Shown here piece after piece: positions 50,726 to 59,638 of a stretch of 64,000 bases of DNA. The stretch is from NCBI GenBank assembly GCA_036123135.1, contig JAZADZ010000102.1, positions 7,767 through 71,766 of the forward strand, given 5' to 3'. The notes beneath the pieces are model-generated. The model worked only from the letters and a program-made list of their open reading frames with translations. It did no database searches and had not been told where the DNA came from. Source of the DNA: Bacteroidota bacterium (lineage in GTDB: Bacteria > Bacteroidota > Bacteroidia > Flavobacteriales_D > Parvicellaceae). A program made the position numbers and the translations under genes. How positions within the stretch are numbered: the first letter of the stretch is position 1; the number at the start of each line of letters is the position of its first letter.

Positions 50726-51271
50726 ATGAATAAAGCTGAAAAAAATAAAACCAATTTCAACAATTCAATTCTTGAAGATTTAAAATCCTCAGATAAAACA
50801 AGAGTCAATAATGCTGTTAAAAAACTTTCTAATAAAGCTGATGCATCCATAATCAAAGCTCTATTAGACTTGTATTCTACTCTCAAAGAGGACAGTTATG
50901 TCAAAAAACAGCTTAAAGACGTGTTTAGTCAACTTAAAATTTCCAAAGCAGTTCCTGTTTTGATTGAAGGTTTATCGCACCAAGATGATAAAATCAAAGA
51001 GCTTTGTCTTTTTTCGCTTTGGAGCTCTAGTCTTGATGCCGCTGACTATTTACCCCCAATTGTTCAATGTGCCTGTAAAGGTGATTACATGGTTGCTTTG
51101 GAGGCTCTAACCCTTGTGGAAAATCTAGAAGGTCCGTTCAGCGAACAAGATTTAATTGAAAGCATGATTTTCATTAACGAGTACCTTTCGGAGGGTGGAG
51201 ACGACAAAGTAGATTTGATTAAGTCCATTCTGGATACCATCAAGGTATACGAACAACAAATACAAATTTAA
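50726..51271 (+). CDS. Hypothetical helical (HEAT-repeat-like) protein
   Basis: 181-aa ORF with predicted helical repeats (AVPVLIEGLSHQDDKIKELCL...). No catalytic motif seen. Confidence 0.4.
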   Translation: MNKAEKNKTNFNNSILEDLKSSDKTRVNNAVKKLSNKADASIIKALLDLYSTLKEDSYVKKQLKDVFSQLKISKAVPVLIEGLSHQDDKIKELCLFSLWSSSLDAADYLPPIVQCACKGDYMVALEALTLVENLEGPFSEQDLIESMIFINEYLSEGGDDKVDLIKSILDTIKVYEQQIQI

Positions 51272-52054
51272 TTGAGTTCTATCAAAAGTGTTTCGATTAT
51301 TGGTAGCGGAAATGTTGCCACCCACCTTGGTGAAAATTTATATGCTAAAGGAATTTCTATTGACGTAATATTTAATCATAAATTAGAAAATGCCAAAAAA
51401 CTAGCTACTAGACTAAAGTGCGACTGCACAGACGACCCTTTGAAGATTCCTGCAAATTCAGATTTGTACATAGTGGCTTTAAAGGACAATTTCATACAAA
51501 GTACGCTTTCAAAAATAAATTTTACCACCCAGTTTGTTGTGCATACATCTGGTAGTTTTGATTCTTCTAAATTGAATCAATTTACCTCTAAGTGGGGGTG
51601 TTTTTACCCTATGCAAACGTTTAAAAAAAAACAAGCGGTAAATTTACAAGGAACCTCAATATTTATAGAAAGCAACCATGAGCAGGAGTTGAACCAACTT
51701 TACAATTTGTGTTCAACAATTGACTGTAACGGATACGTACTAAGTTCAAAACAACGTAAACAGTTGCACATTGCAGCAATTGCAACTAATAATTTTACCT
51801 ATCACCTGTTTAGTCACATTCAGCAGTACTGCGACACACACCAACTTCCATACGATTCTCTTCAGCCACTTCTATTGGAAACCCTTAAGAAAATTGAGCT
51901 AAATGAGCCGTTTAAACACCAGACAGGTCCTGCTGCTCGAAACGAAAAACAAACCATCAAAAATCATTTAGAATTATTAGCAAACGAAAATTATTTAGCT
52001 GAAATTTATGGCTTATTCAGCAAACAAATCCTTGACAAACAGCATGAATTATAA
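51272..52054 (+). CDS. Rossmann-fold protein, DUF2520-like (ketopantoate-reductase-like)
   Basis: N-terminal VSIIGSGNVATHLG dinucleotide-binding motif. TTG start. Confidence 0.5.
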   Translation: MSSIKSVSIIGSGNVATHLGENLYAKGISIDVIFNHKLENAKKLATRLKCDCTDDPLKIPANSDLYIVALKDNFIQSTLSKINFTTQFVVHTSGSFDSSKLNQFTSKWGCFYPMQTFKKKQAVNLQGTSIFIESNHEQELNQLYNLCSTIDCNGYVLSSKQRKQLHIAAIATNNFTYHLFSHIQQYCDTHQLPYDSLQPLLLETLKKIELNEPFKHQTGPAARNEKQTIKNHLELLANENYLAEIYGLFSKQILDKQHEL

Positions 52055-52562
52055 AGAAGCTCTTCAACACATTACTACTTTTATTTTTGATGTAGACGGT
52101 GTACTTACTGATGGATCCGTTGTACTTGACCCATCGGGAGAAATGGTTAGGACAATGAATACCAAAGACGGATTTGCACTTCAACATGCAGTAAAAAAAG
52201 GATATAATGTGTGCATTATTACAGGTGGAAATTCTGTCATGGTCAAACAGCGCTTGAAGTATCTAGGGATTAAAGATGTGTTTCTATCTGCTCATGAAAA
52301 ACTAACCATCTTCAACGACTACCTAAAAGAAAACAACATTAATACCAACCAAGTGCTCTACATGGGCGATGATCTTCCCGACTATCCGTGTATTCAAGCA
52401 GCCGCTGTTGGCGCTTGCCCCAATGACTCTGCGGTTGAAATAAGAGAAATTTCAGATTACATATCACATGTAAAAGGTGGAAAAGGGTGTGTCAGAGATG
52501 TAATTGAACAAACGCTTAGACTTCACGGCAAATGGTTTGATAAAGACAGCTTTATATGGTAA
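52044..52562 (+). CDS. kdsC: 3-deoxy-D-manno-octulosonate 8-phosphate phosphatase (HAD superfamily)
   Basis: FIFDVDGVLTDG, TKDG, ITGG, GDDLPD motifs. The ATG at 52044 is preferred to the track start. Confidence 0.8.
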   Translation: MNYKEALQHITTFIFDVDGVLTDGSVVLDPSGEMVRTMNTKDGFALQHAVKKGYNVCIITGGNSVMVKQRLKYLGIKDVFLSAHEKLTIFNDYLKENNINTNQVLYMGDDLPDYPCIQAAAVGACPNDSAVEIREISDYISHVKGGKGCVRDVIEQTLRLHGKWFDKDSFIW

Positions 52563-53455
52563 GAGAACTTTTTAAGGCAGTTCGAATAAACAACCTTATA
52601 CTGTTGGCTTTCCTGTTTGCCAGTATTGAACTCTTCTTTCACTTTAAAACCAACACTAGCACTTTCCAAAACTACAGTTTACTGATTTACATTAACATCT
52701 TGATAACTGCAGCATTTGGATATGTAATTAACGACAGCTTCGATAAAAAAAGTGACCAGCTTAACGAAAAATTAAACAAATCCAAGCTAGACTCAAGGCA
52801 GCTAGCACAAAGCGCTGCTTTTTTTTTACTTTTTTCAATTCTGGTTTCTTTGATTTATTTCAACATAACTTTTTTCATTTTAAACCTAATTGTTTTAATT
52901 GGCTTGTTCTTGTACAGCTGGAAAATGAAACACCTTCCGCTTTTGGGGAATCTGACAATAGCTTCATTTGCGGGACTTTGCCCATTAATTGGATACATCA
53001 ATCATCCTGAATTTCAATTCCAAATATCAAGCAGTGCTCTTTCAATTAATGAAATGTACCAGCTAAGTATTCCATTTTTAATTGGAATAATGGCATTTCT
53101 TTCAACGTTAAGCAGAGAAATTGTCAAAGACCTAGAAGATATTGATGGAGATTTAGCGGTTCGTTCCAAAACACTACCAATATTATTTGGCAAATCGGCT
53201 GCAAAAATCATTGCACTTTTTGTTCTAATCTGCACTGCATCATTAACGCTGTTCGCATTGATTTGTAAAGAAAATTACTCTCTATCTTTTACAACCTGTG
53301 CCTCTATAGTAGTTCTGTTACTTGTTCCAATATTTACAGCAATCGTAAAACTTTTCCAGGCCAATAGCAAAGCCGATTTCTTTAAAGTGAGCAACCTTCA
53401 TAAATTTATTTTTCTAAGTGCTACAATTGTTTTACTAACTCACACCTTTACATAA
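52556..53455 (+). CDS. UbiA-family prenyltransferase
   Basis: Polytopic membrane protein with NDSFDKKSD (NDxxDxxxD) and a second Asp-rich loop (KDLEDIDGD). Confidence 0.7.
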   Translation: MVRELFKAVRINNLILLAFLFASIELFFHFKTNTSTFQNYSLLIYINILITAAFGYVINDSFDKKSDQLNEKLNKSKLDSRQLAQSAAFFLLFSILVSLIYFNITFFILNLIVLIGLFLYSWKMKHLPLLGNLTIASFAGLCPLIGYINHPEFQFQISSSALSINEMYQLSIPFLIGIMAFLSTLSREIVKDLEDIDGDLAVRSKTLPILFGKSAAKIIALFVLICTASLTLFALICKENYSLSFTTCASIVVLLLVPIFTAIVKLFQANSKADFFKVSNLHKFIFLSATIVLLTHTFT

Positions 53456-54030
53456 TGCCATTAAGTCCCTTGAAAAAATATGATGTTATTCTGGCCTCTA
53501 ACTCTCCTAGAAGACAGGAACTTTTAAAAAAACTCATTCCAAAATTTAAAATTCAAGTTGTTCCAATTGAAGAAAATTATCCAAAAGAATTAGCCAAAGA
53601 TCAGATTGCCAAATACTTATCCGAGCTTAAATCTGCTGCATATCAACCCACAAAAAATGAACTCATTATCACTGCAGATACCATTGTTTCAATTGGAAAT
53701 GAAGTTCTTGGAAAACCAAAAGATTCCAACGATGCTTTAGAAATGCTTATGAAGCTTTCCGGAAAATCACACTTGGTAACTACTGCAGTTTCAATAAAGA
53801 CCACTGAAAAATTAATTACGTTCAGCGATACTACTGAAGTTACTTTTTATAAGTTGACCTCACAAGAGATGGAGCAGTACATCAGGAATTGTCAACCCTT
53901 TGACAAAGCAGGATCATATGGAATCCAAGAATGGATGGGCTATTTTGGAATCAAAAAAATGAACGGTGATTACTTCAATGTAATGGGGCTGCCTCTTCAC
54001 AAGCTGTATCGAGCTTTAAAGAAGCTCTAA
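53455..54030 (+). CDS. maf: Maf-family nucleoside triphosphate pyrophosphatase
   Basis: ILASNSPRRQELLKKL, ITADTIV, KAGSYGIQ. Confidence 0.9.
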   Translation: MPLSPLKKYDVILASNSPRRQELLKKLIPKFKIQVVPIEENYPKELAKDQIAKYLSELKSAAYQPTKNELIITADTIVSIGNEVLGKPKDSNDALEMLMKLSGKSHLVTTAVSIKTTEKLITFSDTTEVTFYKLTSQEMEQYIRNCQPFDKAGSYGIQEWMGYFGIKKMNGDYFNVMGLPLHKLYRALKKL

Positions 54031-54488
54031 ATGAGCTGTTTTTCACAAAAATTAAAGCTCAAATTTTTAAACATATAATCAAAATCTTTTCCAGAATCAA
54101 TCATATCAAAGTCATCTGATTCGTACATCCATTCTACGTCAAAATCATAGCGGTCATCTTTAGCTTTTGCATCAATTATAGCAAATAGCTTGTACAACAT
54201 TCTAGCAGTTGAGGTATTGAAATAATCATAGTCAACCGTAATTTTCAAGGAAAAACCAGTGCTAATTTGGTTTAGAAAGCTTCTAATGCTATCGCATATT
54301 GGATCATAAAATTTGTCCGCGTCCTCAGGGTAAGAAACTCCTTTGATACTTAACCTATTCTCATTTAAATCCAGGAAAACATCTGGTGTATTTTTGGTTG
54401 ATTTTATTGCAAACAGAAACTCTTTCACATTATCATTGAATGATTTGGGTCCAAAATTAAATAGGATCCACAATGAGATACAATACAA
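54027..54488 (-). CDS. DUF1987 / SiaC-like protein (candidate partner-switch component)
   Basis: Pattern TPDVFLDLNENRLSIKGVSYPEDADKFYDPICDSIRSFL resembles DUF1987. The start is uncertain; GTG at 54428 would give a 133-aa product. Confidence 0.45.
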   Translation of the reverse strand: MYCISLWILFNFGPKSFNDNVKEFLFAIKSTKNTPDVFLDLNENRLSIKGVSYPEDADKFYDPICDSIRSFLNQISTGFSLKITVDYDYFNTSTARMLYKLFAIIDAKAKDDRYDFDVEWMYESDDFDMIDSGKDFDYMFKNLSFNFCEKQLI

Positions 54489-54511
54489 ACTTCCGAACGT
54501 CTAGTGCATAA

Positions 54512-54928
54512 TTACAATAGTGCTTCGACTGCCAACTTGTAAGAATTTAATCCAAATCCTGCAATAACCCCCTTACAGTTAGCTGCCATTAAAGACTGGC
54601 GCCTAAATTCCTCACGTGCATACACGTTGGAAATGTGCACTTCGATAGTTGGGGAATCTAAAGAGGCTACTGCGTCTGCTATTGCAACAGATGTATGTGT
54701 ATATCCCCCTGCGTTAAAAACAATTCCACTGTACGAAAACCCAACCTCTTGAAGTTTATTTACTAAATCACCTTCAACATTACTTTGATAATATTCTAAT
54801 TGAATAGACTCAAAACTAGATTTAAGCTCCTTAAAAAAATCTTCAAAAGTTATATTACCGTAAATTTCTGGTTGTCTTTTTCCAAGAAGATTGAGGTTAG
54901 GACCATTTATAATGATGATTTTTTTCAA
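54512..54928 (-). CDS. aroQ: Type II 3-dehydroquinate dehydratase
   Basis: IIIINGPNLNLLGKRQPEIYG, NAGGYTHTSVA, EVHISN. Confidence 0.95.
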   Translation of the reverse strand: MKKIIIINGPNLNLLGKRQPEIYGNITFEDFFKELKSSFESIQLEYYQSNVEGDLVNKLQEVGFSYSGIVFNAGGYTHTSVAIADAVASLDSPTIEVHISNVYAREEFRRQSLMAANCKGVIAGFGLNSYKLAVEALL

Positions 54929-54929
54929 A

Positions 54930-55328
54930 CTAACTGAAGAATTTTATGGATAGTGGATAGCTATATAATTCTCCATTGTTTGCCCTTATGGCCCCAATAA
55001 TAGTAAAAATCAATGAGCACAATGCTGTTGCGATTAGCGTAACAAAACCAACTATTAAAAAAGTTAAAAAAGCACTTATAATTAAATAAATGAAACAACT
55101 AATGATCCAATTCAGTACATTTTTACCATGCTCATCAACTAGTACACTTTGATCTTTATTAGTTTGCCACATAATAATTGGAAGAATCAAACCACCAAAA
55201 GGAAAAATAAATCCAGCAAATTGAGATAAGTGCATTAACAAACAAAACTGGTTAATGTTCATGCCCCAAAGTTTGAAATCTGAGGGTATTTCATTGAAAT
55301 TGGGATTAGATGTATTATCGTTGGTCAT
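54930..55328 (-). CDS. DUF4870-like small membrane protein
   Basis: Three or four TM helices and the loop MWQTNKDQSVLVDEHGKNVLNW, typical of that family. Confidence 0.5.
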   Translation of the reverse strand: MTNDNTSNPNFNEIPSDFKLWGMNINQFCLLMHLSQFAGFIFPFGGLILPIIMWQTNKDQSVLVDEHGKNVLNWIISCFIYLIISAFLTFLIVGFVTLIATALCSLIFTIIGAIRANNGELYSYPLSIKFFS

Positions 55329-55389
55329 TGTCGTTTAATAAGAATTTCACTAATGTAATAAAATACCTTAGCTTTTTTAACTCTATTAA

Positions 55390-55749
55390 CTATTTCACAT
55401 AATCTTGCTTTCTTACAAGGGCATAATTTTCATTTTCCAATTGAAGATAACCAAGCTCATAGACAAAATAATAGGTTTTTCCTTGTTTGGTTCTGTAAAT
55501 GTTGGTGTAATAATAGAAATTAAAACCGCTCAAAAGTAGTTGTTCTTTTGTGGTTTTTGCTTTTTCTCCTAGCATAAGGTTAGATAAAATTCTTCTGTTT
55601 TTTCTAAGCACAACGTTCACTTTTCGAACATAATCGTTGGCAACCTTATTTAAGTTGTTGTTGTATGTATTTCTACATTGATCGTTGCAGAACTTTTTAT
55701 CTGATCTGCCCATTAATTTAGAATCGCATTCCAAACAGAGTTTTTCCAT
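55390..55749 (-). CDS. Hypothetical protein with N-terminal zinc-ribbon (CLECDSKLMGRSDKKFCNDQC)
   Basis: 119-aa ORF, divergent from the recombinase gene. Four Cys are arranged CxxC...CxxxC. Confidence 0.45.
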   Translation of the reverse strand: MEKLCLECDSKLMGRSDKKFCNDQCRNTYNNNLNKVANDYVRKVNVVLRKNRRILSNLMLGEKAKTTKEQLLLSGFNFYYYTNIYRTKQGKTYYFVYELGYLQLENENYALVRKQDYVK

Positions 55750-55878
55750 CTATTTAATATACGACGAAAAACAAACTATTTCAAAAGATTAGTCAATTAA
55801 AAACAAGTTTATTCATTTAAAAGCGAATATAATCGTTTAAGAACCATCTAGATAAATTTCAATCTCAAATTTCGCAGT

Positions 55879-56712
55879 ATGAAACAGATCCCAAAAATAC
55901 AGCAACGGTTAATCATTAAAAGATACAGTCCATCAACAGTACGCACCTACCTTACTTGCTTGAAAAACTTCTTCGCACATTTTAAGAACCACAATACTGA
56001 AACGCTTTCCAAAGAAGAACTTCTTAACTATTTGGAACACTTAGTTCAAAAAGGGTATTCAAAGAGCACTCAAAATCAACACATTAATGCCATCAAATTT
56101 TATTATGAAAAATATTTAGAAAAAGAAAAGCAGTATTACTTTATTGATCGTCCAATAAAGGACAAAAGACTTCCAGTGGTGATGAGCAAAGAAGAAGTTC
56201 AACAGCTTTTAAATCAAGTCCACAATCTTAAACACAAAACTATTTTAATCCTCATCTATTCTTGTGGGCTAAGAATATCTGAATTGATTAATTTAAAAAT
56301 TGAAGACATCGACTCGAAAAGAATGTTAATTCAAATTCGAAATTCAAAAGGCAACAAAGACAGACAAGTTCAGCTTACCAACCAAATTCTTGTGTTAATT
56401 AAAAAGTACTACAAATCTTACTTTCCAAAAGAGTTTCTTTTTAACGGAATGCATGGAGGAAAATATTCTTCGGCTAGCATTCAAAAGATCATTAAGCGAA
56501 TGGCTCAAAGGTCAGGTATTCGAAAAAACATAACGCCACATACCTTACGACACAGCTTCGCAACTCACCTTCTTGAAGATGGTATTGACATTAGATACAT
56601 TCAAACCATTCTTGGCCACAGTAATATTCAAACTACACAGATTTACACCCACGTGTCCAGTAAACATCTTATAAACATCAAAAACCCTACTGATGACATG
56701 AATATTTTTTAA
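55879..56712 (+). CDS. Tyrosine recombinase, integron-integrase-like but compact (277 aa)
   Basis: SAM-like N-terminus (YSPSTVRTYLTCLKNFFAHF), RLPVVMSKEEV, catalytic R (CGLRISEL), HTLRHSFATHLLEDGIDIRYIQTILGHSNIQTTQIYTHV (H-x-x-R, H, Y). These blocks resemble IntI1/VchIntIA as I remember them. Only about 56 aa separate KDR from TPHTLRH. Confidence 0.8.
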   Translation: MKQIPKIQQRLIIKRYSPSTVRTYLTCLKNFFAHFKNHNTETLSKEELLNYLEHLVQKGYSKSTQNQHINAIKFYYEKYLEKEKQYYFIDRPIKDKRLPVVMSKEEVQQLLNQVHNLKHKTILILIYSCGLRISELINLKIEDIDSKRMLIQIRNSKGNKDRQVQLTNQILVLIKKYYKSYFPKEFLFNGMHGGKYSSASIQKIIKRMAQRSGIRKNITPHTLRHSFATHLLEDGIDIRYIQTILGHSNIQTTQIYTHVSSKHLINIKNPTDDMNIF

Positions 56713-56720
56713 CTTCATAC

Positions 56721-56761
56721 ATAACAAGAATAAACGTAATACGTTTATCCTATCGTTACCG
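56721..56761 (+). repeat. First recombination site (attI position), hairpin-type: ATAAC ... ataaacgt/acgtttat ... GTTACCG
   Basis: Starts 8 nt after the recombinase stop. Its GTTACCG (56755-56761) is the exact reverse complement of CGGTAAC at 57433-57439. Confidence 0.6.
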
Positions 56762-56775
56762 TACATAATTATAAA

Positions 56776-57426
56776 ATGAAAAAGACGACCTTAATATTAA
56801 TAACAATCTGTTTCGGAATTTTCATTTCATGTAATTCAAAAGATTCCAACTCTAAGACAAATTACAACAGTCAAGAAAAGTTTGAATTTCAAAATGGAGA
56901 TGTAATTTTTCAGACCTCCCAATCTAGACAAAGTAAAGCAATTCAGCTTGCTACAAACTCAAAGTATAGTCATGTTGGTATTATTTACAATAATTCAAAT
57001 AAACTATATGTTTTTGAAGCTGTTCAACCTGTTAAAATCACACCATTAGAAAGCTGGATTAAAAGAGGAAAAAATAAGCATTATGTTGTCAAAAGATTGA
57101 TTAATTCAAATGATGTTCTAGATTCAAAAACAATTTCAAAAATGAAACAAGCAGGAGAAAAATATCTAAATAAAAATTATGATATCTACTTCGAATGGAC
57201 TGATGATAAAATCTACTGCTCTGAATTAGTTTGGAAGATATATAAAGAAGCTGCAAACATTGAAATTGGTGAATTAGAAAAATTATCTGATTTTGATCTT
57301 ACAAACAATATTGTTAGAGAAATATTAAAAGAAAGATATGGCAATAATATTCCAATGGATGAAGTTGTAATTTCTCCTGAATCTATTTATAACTCAGATT
57401 TATTGGAAACAATTTATGAAAACTAA
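56776..57426 (+). CDS. Cassette 1: YiiX-family permuted papain-like (C92) lipoprotein
   Basis: Lipobox (FISC). GDVIFQTSQSRQSKAIQLATNSKYSHVGII and KIYCSELVWKIYKEA blocks typical of YiiX/YaeF. Confidence 0.7.
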   Translation: MKKTTLILITICFGIFISCNSKDSNSKTNYNSQEKFEFQNGDVIFQTSQSRQSKAIQLATNSKYSHVGIIYNNSNKLYVFEAVQPVKITPLESWIKRGKNKHYVVKRLINSNDVLDSKTISKMKQAGEKYLNKNYDIYFEWTDDKIYCSELVWKIYKEAANIEIGELEKLSDFDLTNNIVREILKERYGNNIPMDEVVISPESIYNSDLLETIYEN

Positions 57427-57432
57427 AACGCA

Positions 57433-57484
57433 CGGTAACAGTGTGTAAATTGCATAATAACGCAATTTACACGTTCCGTTGTAG
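57433..57484 (+). repeat. attC-type site B: CGGTAAC - 11-bp perfect stem (gtgtaaattgc / gcaatttacac) - GTTGTAG
   Basis: Read directly. Its left box complements site A's GTTACCG. Its GTTGTAG complements CTACAAC of site C. Confidence 0.75.
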
Positions 57485-57503
57485 AGCATTTAAAATAAAT
57501 AAA

Positions 57504-59627
57504 TTGAAAAAAATAATAATAATATTTTTTCTGACTTTAATATGTGATAATTATACAGCGCAATCAAATTATGACAGTCTTTGGAATGTATGGAATAACG
57601 TTGAAGAACCTGACTCAAATAGAATTAAATCATTATACACAATTGTAAAAGAAGTTTATTTAAATACAAATATAGATAGTGCACTTATATTAGCTAAAAA
57701 AGTCAATGGTCTTGCTCTATCTTCAAAAGTGAATCTTCACATATCAAAATCATATATTTTATTAGGTGCTATATATTTTAGAAGTAAAGATTATTCCCAA
57801 GCTATTACAAGTTATAATCAAGCTTTAGTATACGCTAAAAAAAGTAATTCTTTTGAAGAAATAATAGTATCATATACAGGTTTAGGAATAGGCTATAAAT
57901 CGATAGGAGACTTTAATAATGCATTTATTTATTTAGAAAAATCATTAGAAAAGTCAAACACTTATAAAAACTACAACAAAAATAGCATACTAAATAGTTT
58001 AGGTAACCTATTCTCCGAGCAAGAAAAATACCAAGATGGGCTAAAATATTATAAGGAAGCTTTTGATTATGCTTCAGATGAAGACAAAATAACAATTTAT
58101 TATAATATAGGAGCATGTTACATTGAACTAGAAGAGACACAAAAAGCTATAAAACAACTTAACAACGCTTTAATTCTAGCAAAACGTTTTGATGATTTAA
58201 TTTCTCAAATTTACTGTCACAGTGCTTTAAGTTCAGCATATTTAGATACTAAAGAATATACTAAAGCAAAAATAAATCTAGAATTAGAAAGCAATTTAGT
58301 TTCTAACCTTCAAAATGATTTTTATAATGCCATATTATATTTTGATTACGGAAATTATTTTTTAAGTAAGCAAGAAAATAAATCAGCTATTAATTATTTC
58401 AAAAAAGCATTTTTACTTTTTGAAAAACATGAAAGTTTTTCTGACTTATTAGCCATTTCTGAAAATTTATATGAAGCTTACGAAAAAACAAACGATTTAA
58501 GAAATGCATTAAAATATTATAAACTATTTGTTAATTATCAGAACAAAATAATCAATGATGAAATAAAAGAAAAATCTATATCCCAATTAACTAAGCATGA
58601 AATTGAAAAGAAACAACTGATAAAAGACCAAAAACAAAAAGAAGCTGCCAAGATTGCAAGAATCGAACAATTAAAAAAAGATGCTATTGCAAAAAAAGAA
58701 TCTGAAAACAAAAACTTTTTACTAATTACTAGCCTAGTAATTATAATTTTGGTAATAATATTTACCATAATTTTAATTAGCCGTTTAAGAATCACTACTA
58801 AACAAAAAGGCATTATAGAAAAGCAGAAGAAAAAGGTAGATAATGCATACAGTCAGCTTGAAGAAAAGAATCTTGAGATTCTAGACTCAATACAATATGC
58901 CAAAAGGTTACAACAAGCTATTCTTCCACCTAAAAAACTTGTAAAAGAGTGGTTGCCCAACTCATTTGTTCTATACAAACCTAAAGATATTGTAGCAGGA
59001 GACTTTTACTGGATGGAAAATATTAATGAATGGATATATTTTGCAGCAGCAGATTGCACAGGACATGGTGTACCAGGGGCTATGGTATCGGTAGTGTGTT
59101 CAAACGCACTTAGTGTCGCCTTACTTGATGAAGGTAAAACAAAACCATCAGAGATTCTCAACAGAACAAGAGAGTTAGTTATAGAACGTTTTGAAAGGTC
59201 TGAAGAAGAGATCAAAGACGGTATGGATATTTCTCTTTGTGCTCTAAATTACAAAACAGGTAAGATGCAATGGGCGGGTGCAAACAATCCTCTCTGGATA
59301 ATACGTAGTGGATCTGACGTAATAGAGGTTATTCGTGGAGATCAACAACCTATCGGCATTTATGTAACAAGTGATCCATTTCACAACCATGAAATAAAGC
59401 TTCAAAAAGGAGATTGTATCTATATTTTCACTGATGGCTATCCTGATCAATTTGGAGGAGAAAAGAACAAAAAGTATAAAACCACCACACTTAAACGATT
59501 TTTACTTACTATTCAAGATAAAGATATGGAAACTCAACGCAAGCTGCTAAGCAAAGAATTTGATAATTGGAAAGCAGACTTTGAGCAAGTTGATGATGTA
59601 TGTGTGATTGGGGTTAAAACAGTGTAA
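57504..59627 (+). CDS. Cassette 2: TPR-repeat / TM / PP2C-SpoIIE phosphatase (paralogue of 30772-32826)
   Basis: TTG at 57504 gives MKKIIIIFFLTLICDNYTAQ; the track start 57441 lies inside attC site B. TPR units, TM helix (LLITSLVIIILVIIFTIILI), YAKRLQQAILPP...AGDFYWM...DCTGHGVPGAMVS...TDGYPDQFGG...DDVCVIGVK. Confidence 0.8.
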   Translation: MKKIIIIFFLTLICDNYTAQSNYDSLWNVWNNVEEPDSNRIKSLYTIVKEVYLNTNIDSALILAKKVNGLALSSKVNLHISKSYILLGAIYFRSKDYSQAITSYNQALVYAKKSNSFEEIIVSYTGLGIGYKSIGDFNNAFIYLEKSLEKSNTYKNYNKNSILNSLGNLFSEQEKYQDGLKYYKEAFDYASDEDKITIYYNIGACYIELEETQKAIKQLNNALILAKRFDDLISQIYCHSALSSAYLDTKEYTKAKINLELESNLVSNLQNDFYNAILYFDYGNYFLSKQENKSAINYFKKAFLLFEKHESFSDLLAISENLYEAYEKTNDLRNALKYYKLFVNYQNKIINDEIKEKSISQLTKHEIEKKQLIKDQKQKEAAKIARIEQLKKDAIAKKESENKNFLLITSLVIIILVIIFTIILISRLRITTKQKGIIEKQKKKVDNAYSQLEEKNLEILDSIQYAKRLQQAILPPKKLVKEWLPNSFVLYKPKDIVAGDFYWMENINEWIYFAAADCTGHGVPGAMVSVVCSNALSVALLDEGKTKPSEILNRTRELVIERFERSEEEIKDGMDISLCALNYKTGKMQWAGANNPLWIIRSGSDVIEVIRGDQQPIGIYVTSDPFHNHEIKLQKGDCIYIFTDGYPDQFGGEKNKKYKTTTLKRFLLTIQDKDMETQRKLLSKEFDNWKADFEQVDDVCVIGVKTV

Positions 59628-59638
59628 TGTTAAACGCC

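Noticed and set aside
55750-55878. Possible attI or attC-like site upstream of the recombinase (cGTTTAAG at about 55843)
   Set aside because: There is no hairpin, and no complementary CTTAAAC box exists in the first site. It is probably a chance GTT.
55879-56712. Housekeeping XerD, since xerD is often found near aroQ in Flavobacteriia
   Set aside because: Not fully excluded. However, the RLPVV and TPHTLRH...TTQIYTHV blocks look more IntI-like than XerD-like, and the gene abuts the first recombination site of a cassette array with matching G|TT junctions. A phylogeny is needed.
57441-57503. Track start (GTG 57441) of the cassette 2 ORF
   Set aside because: These 21 codons lie within attC site B and encode a non-signal-like peptide. 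The in-frame TTG at 57504 yields a canonical signal peptide.
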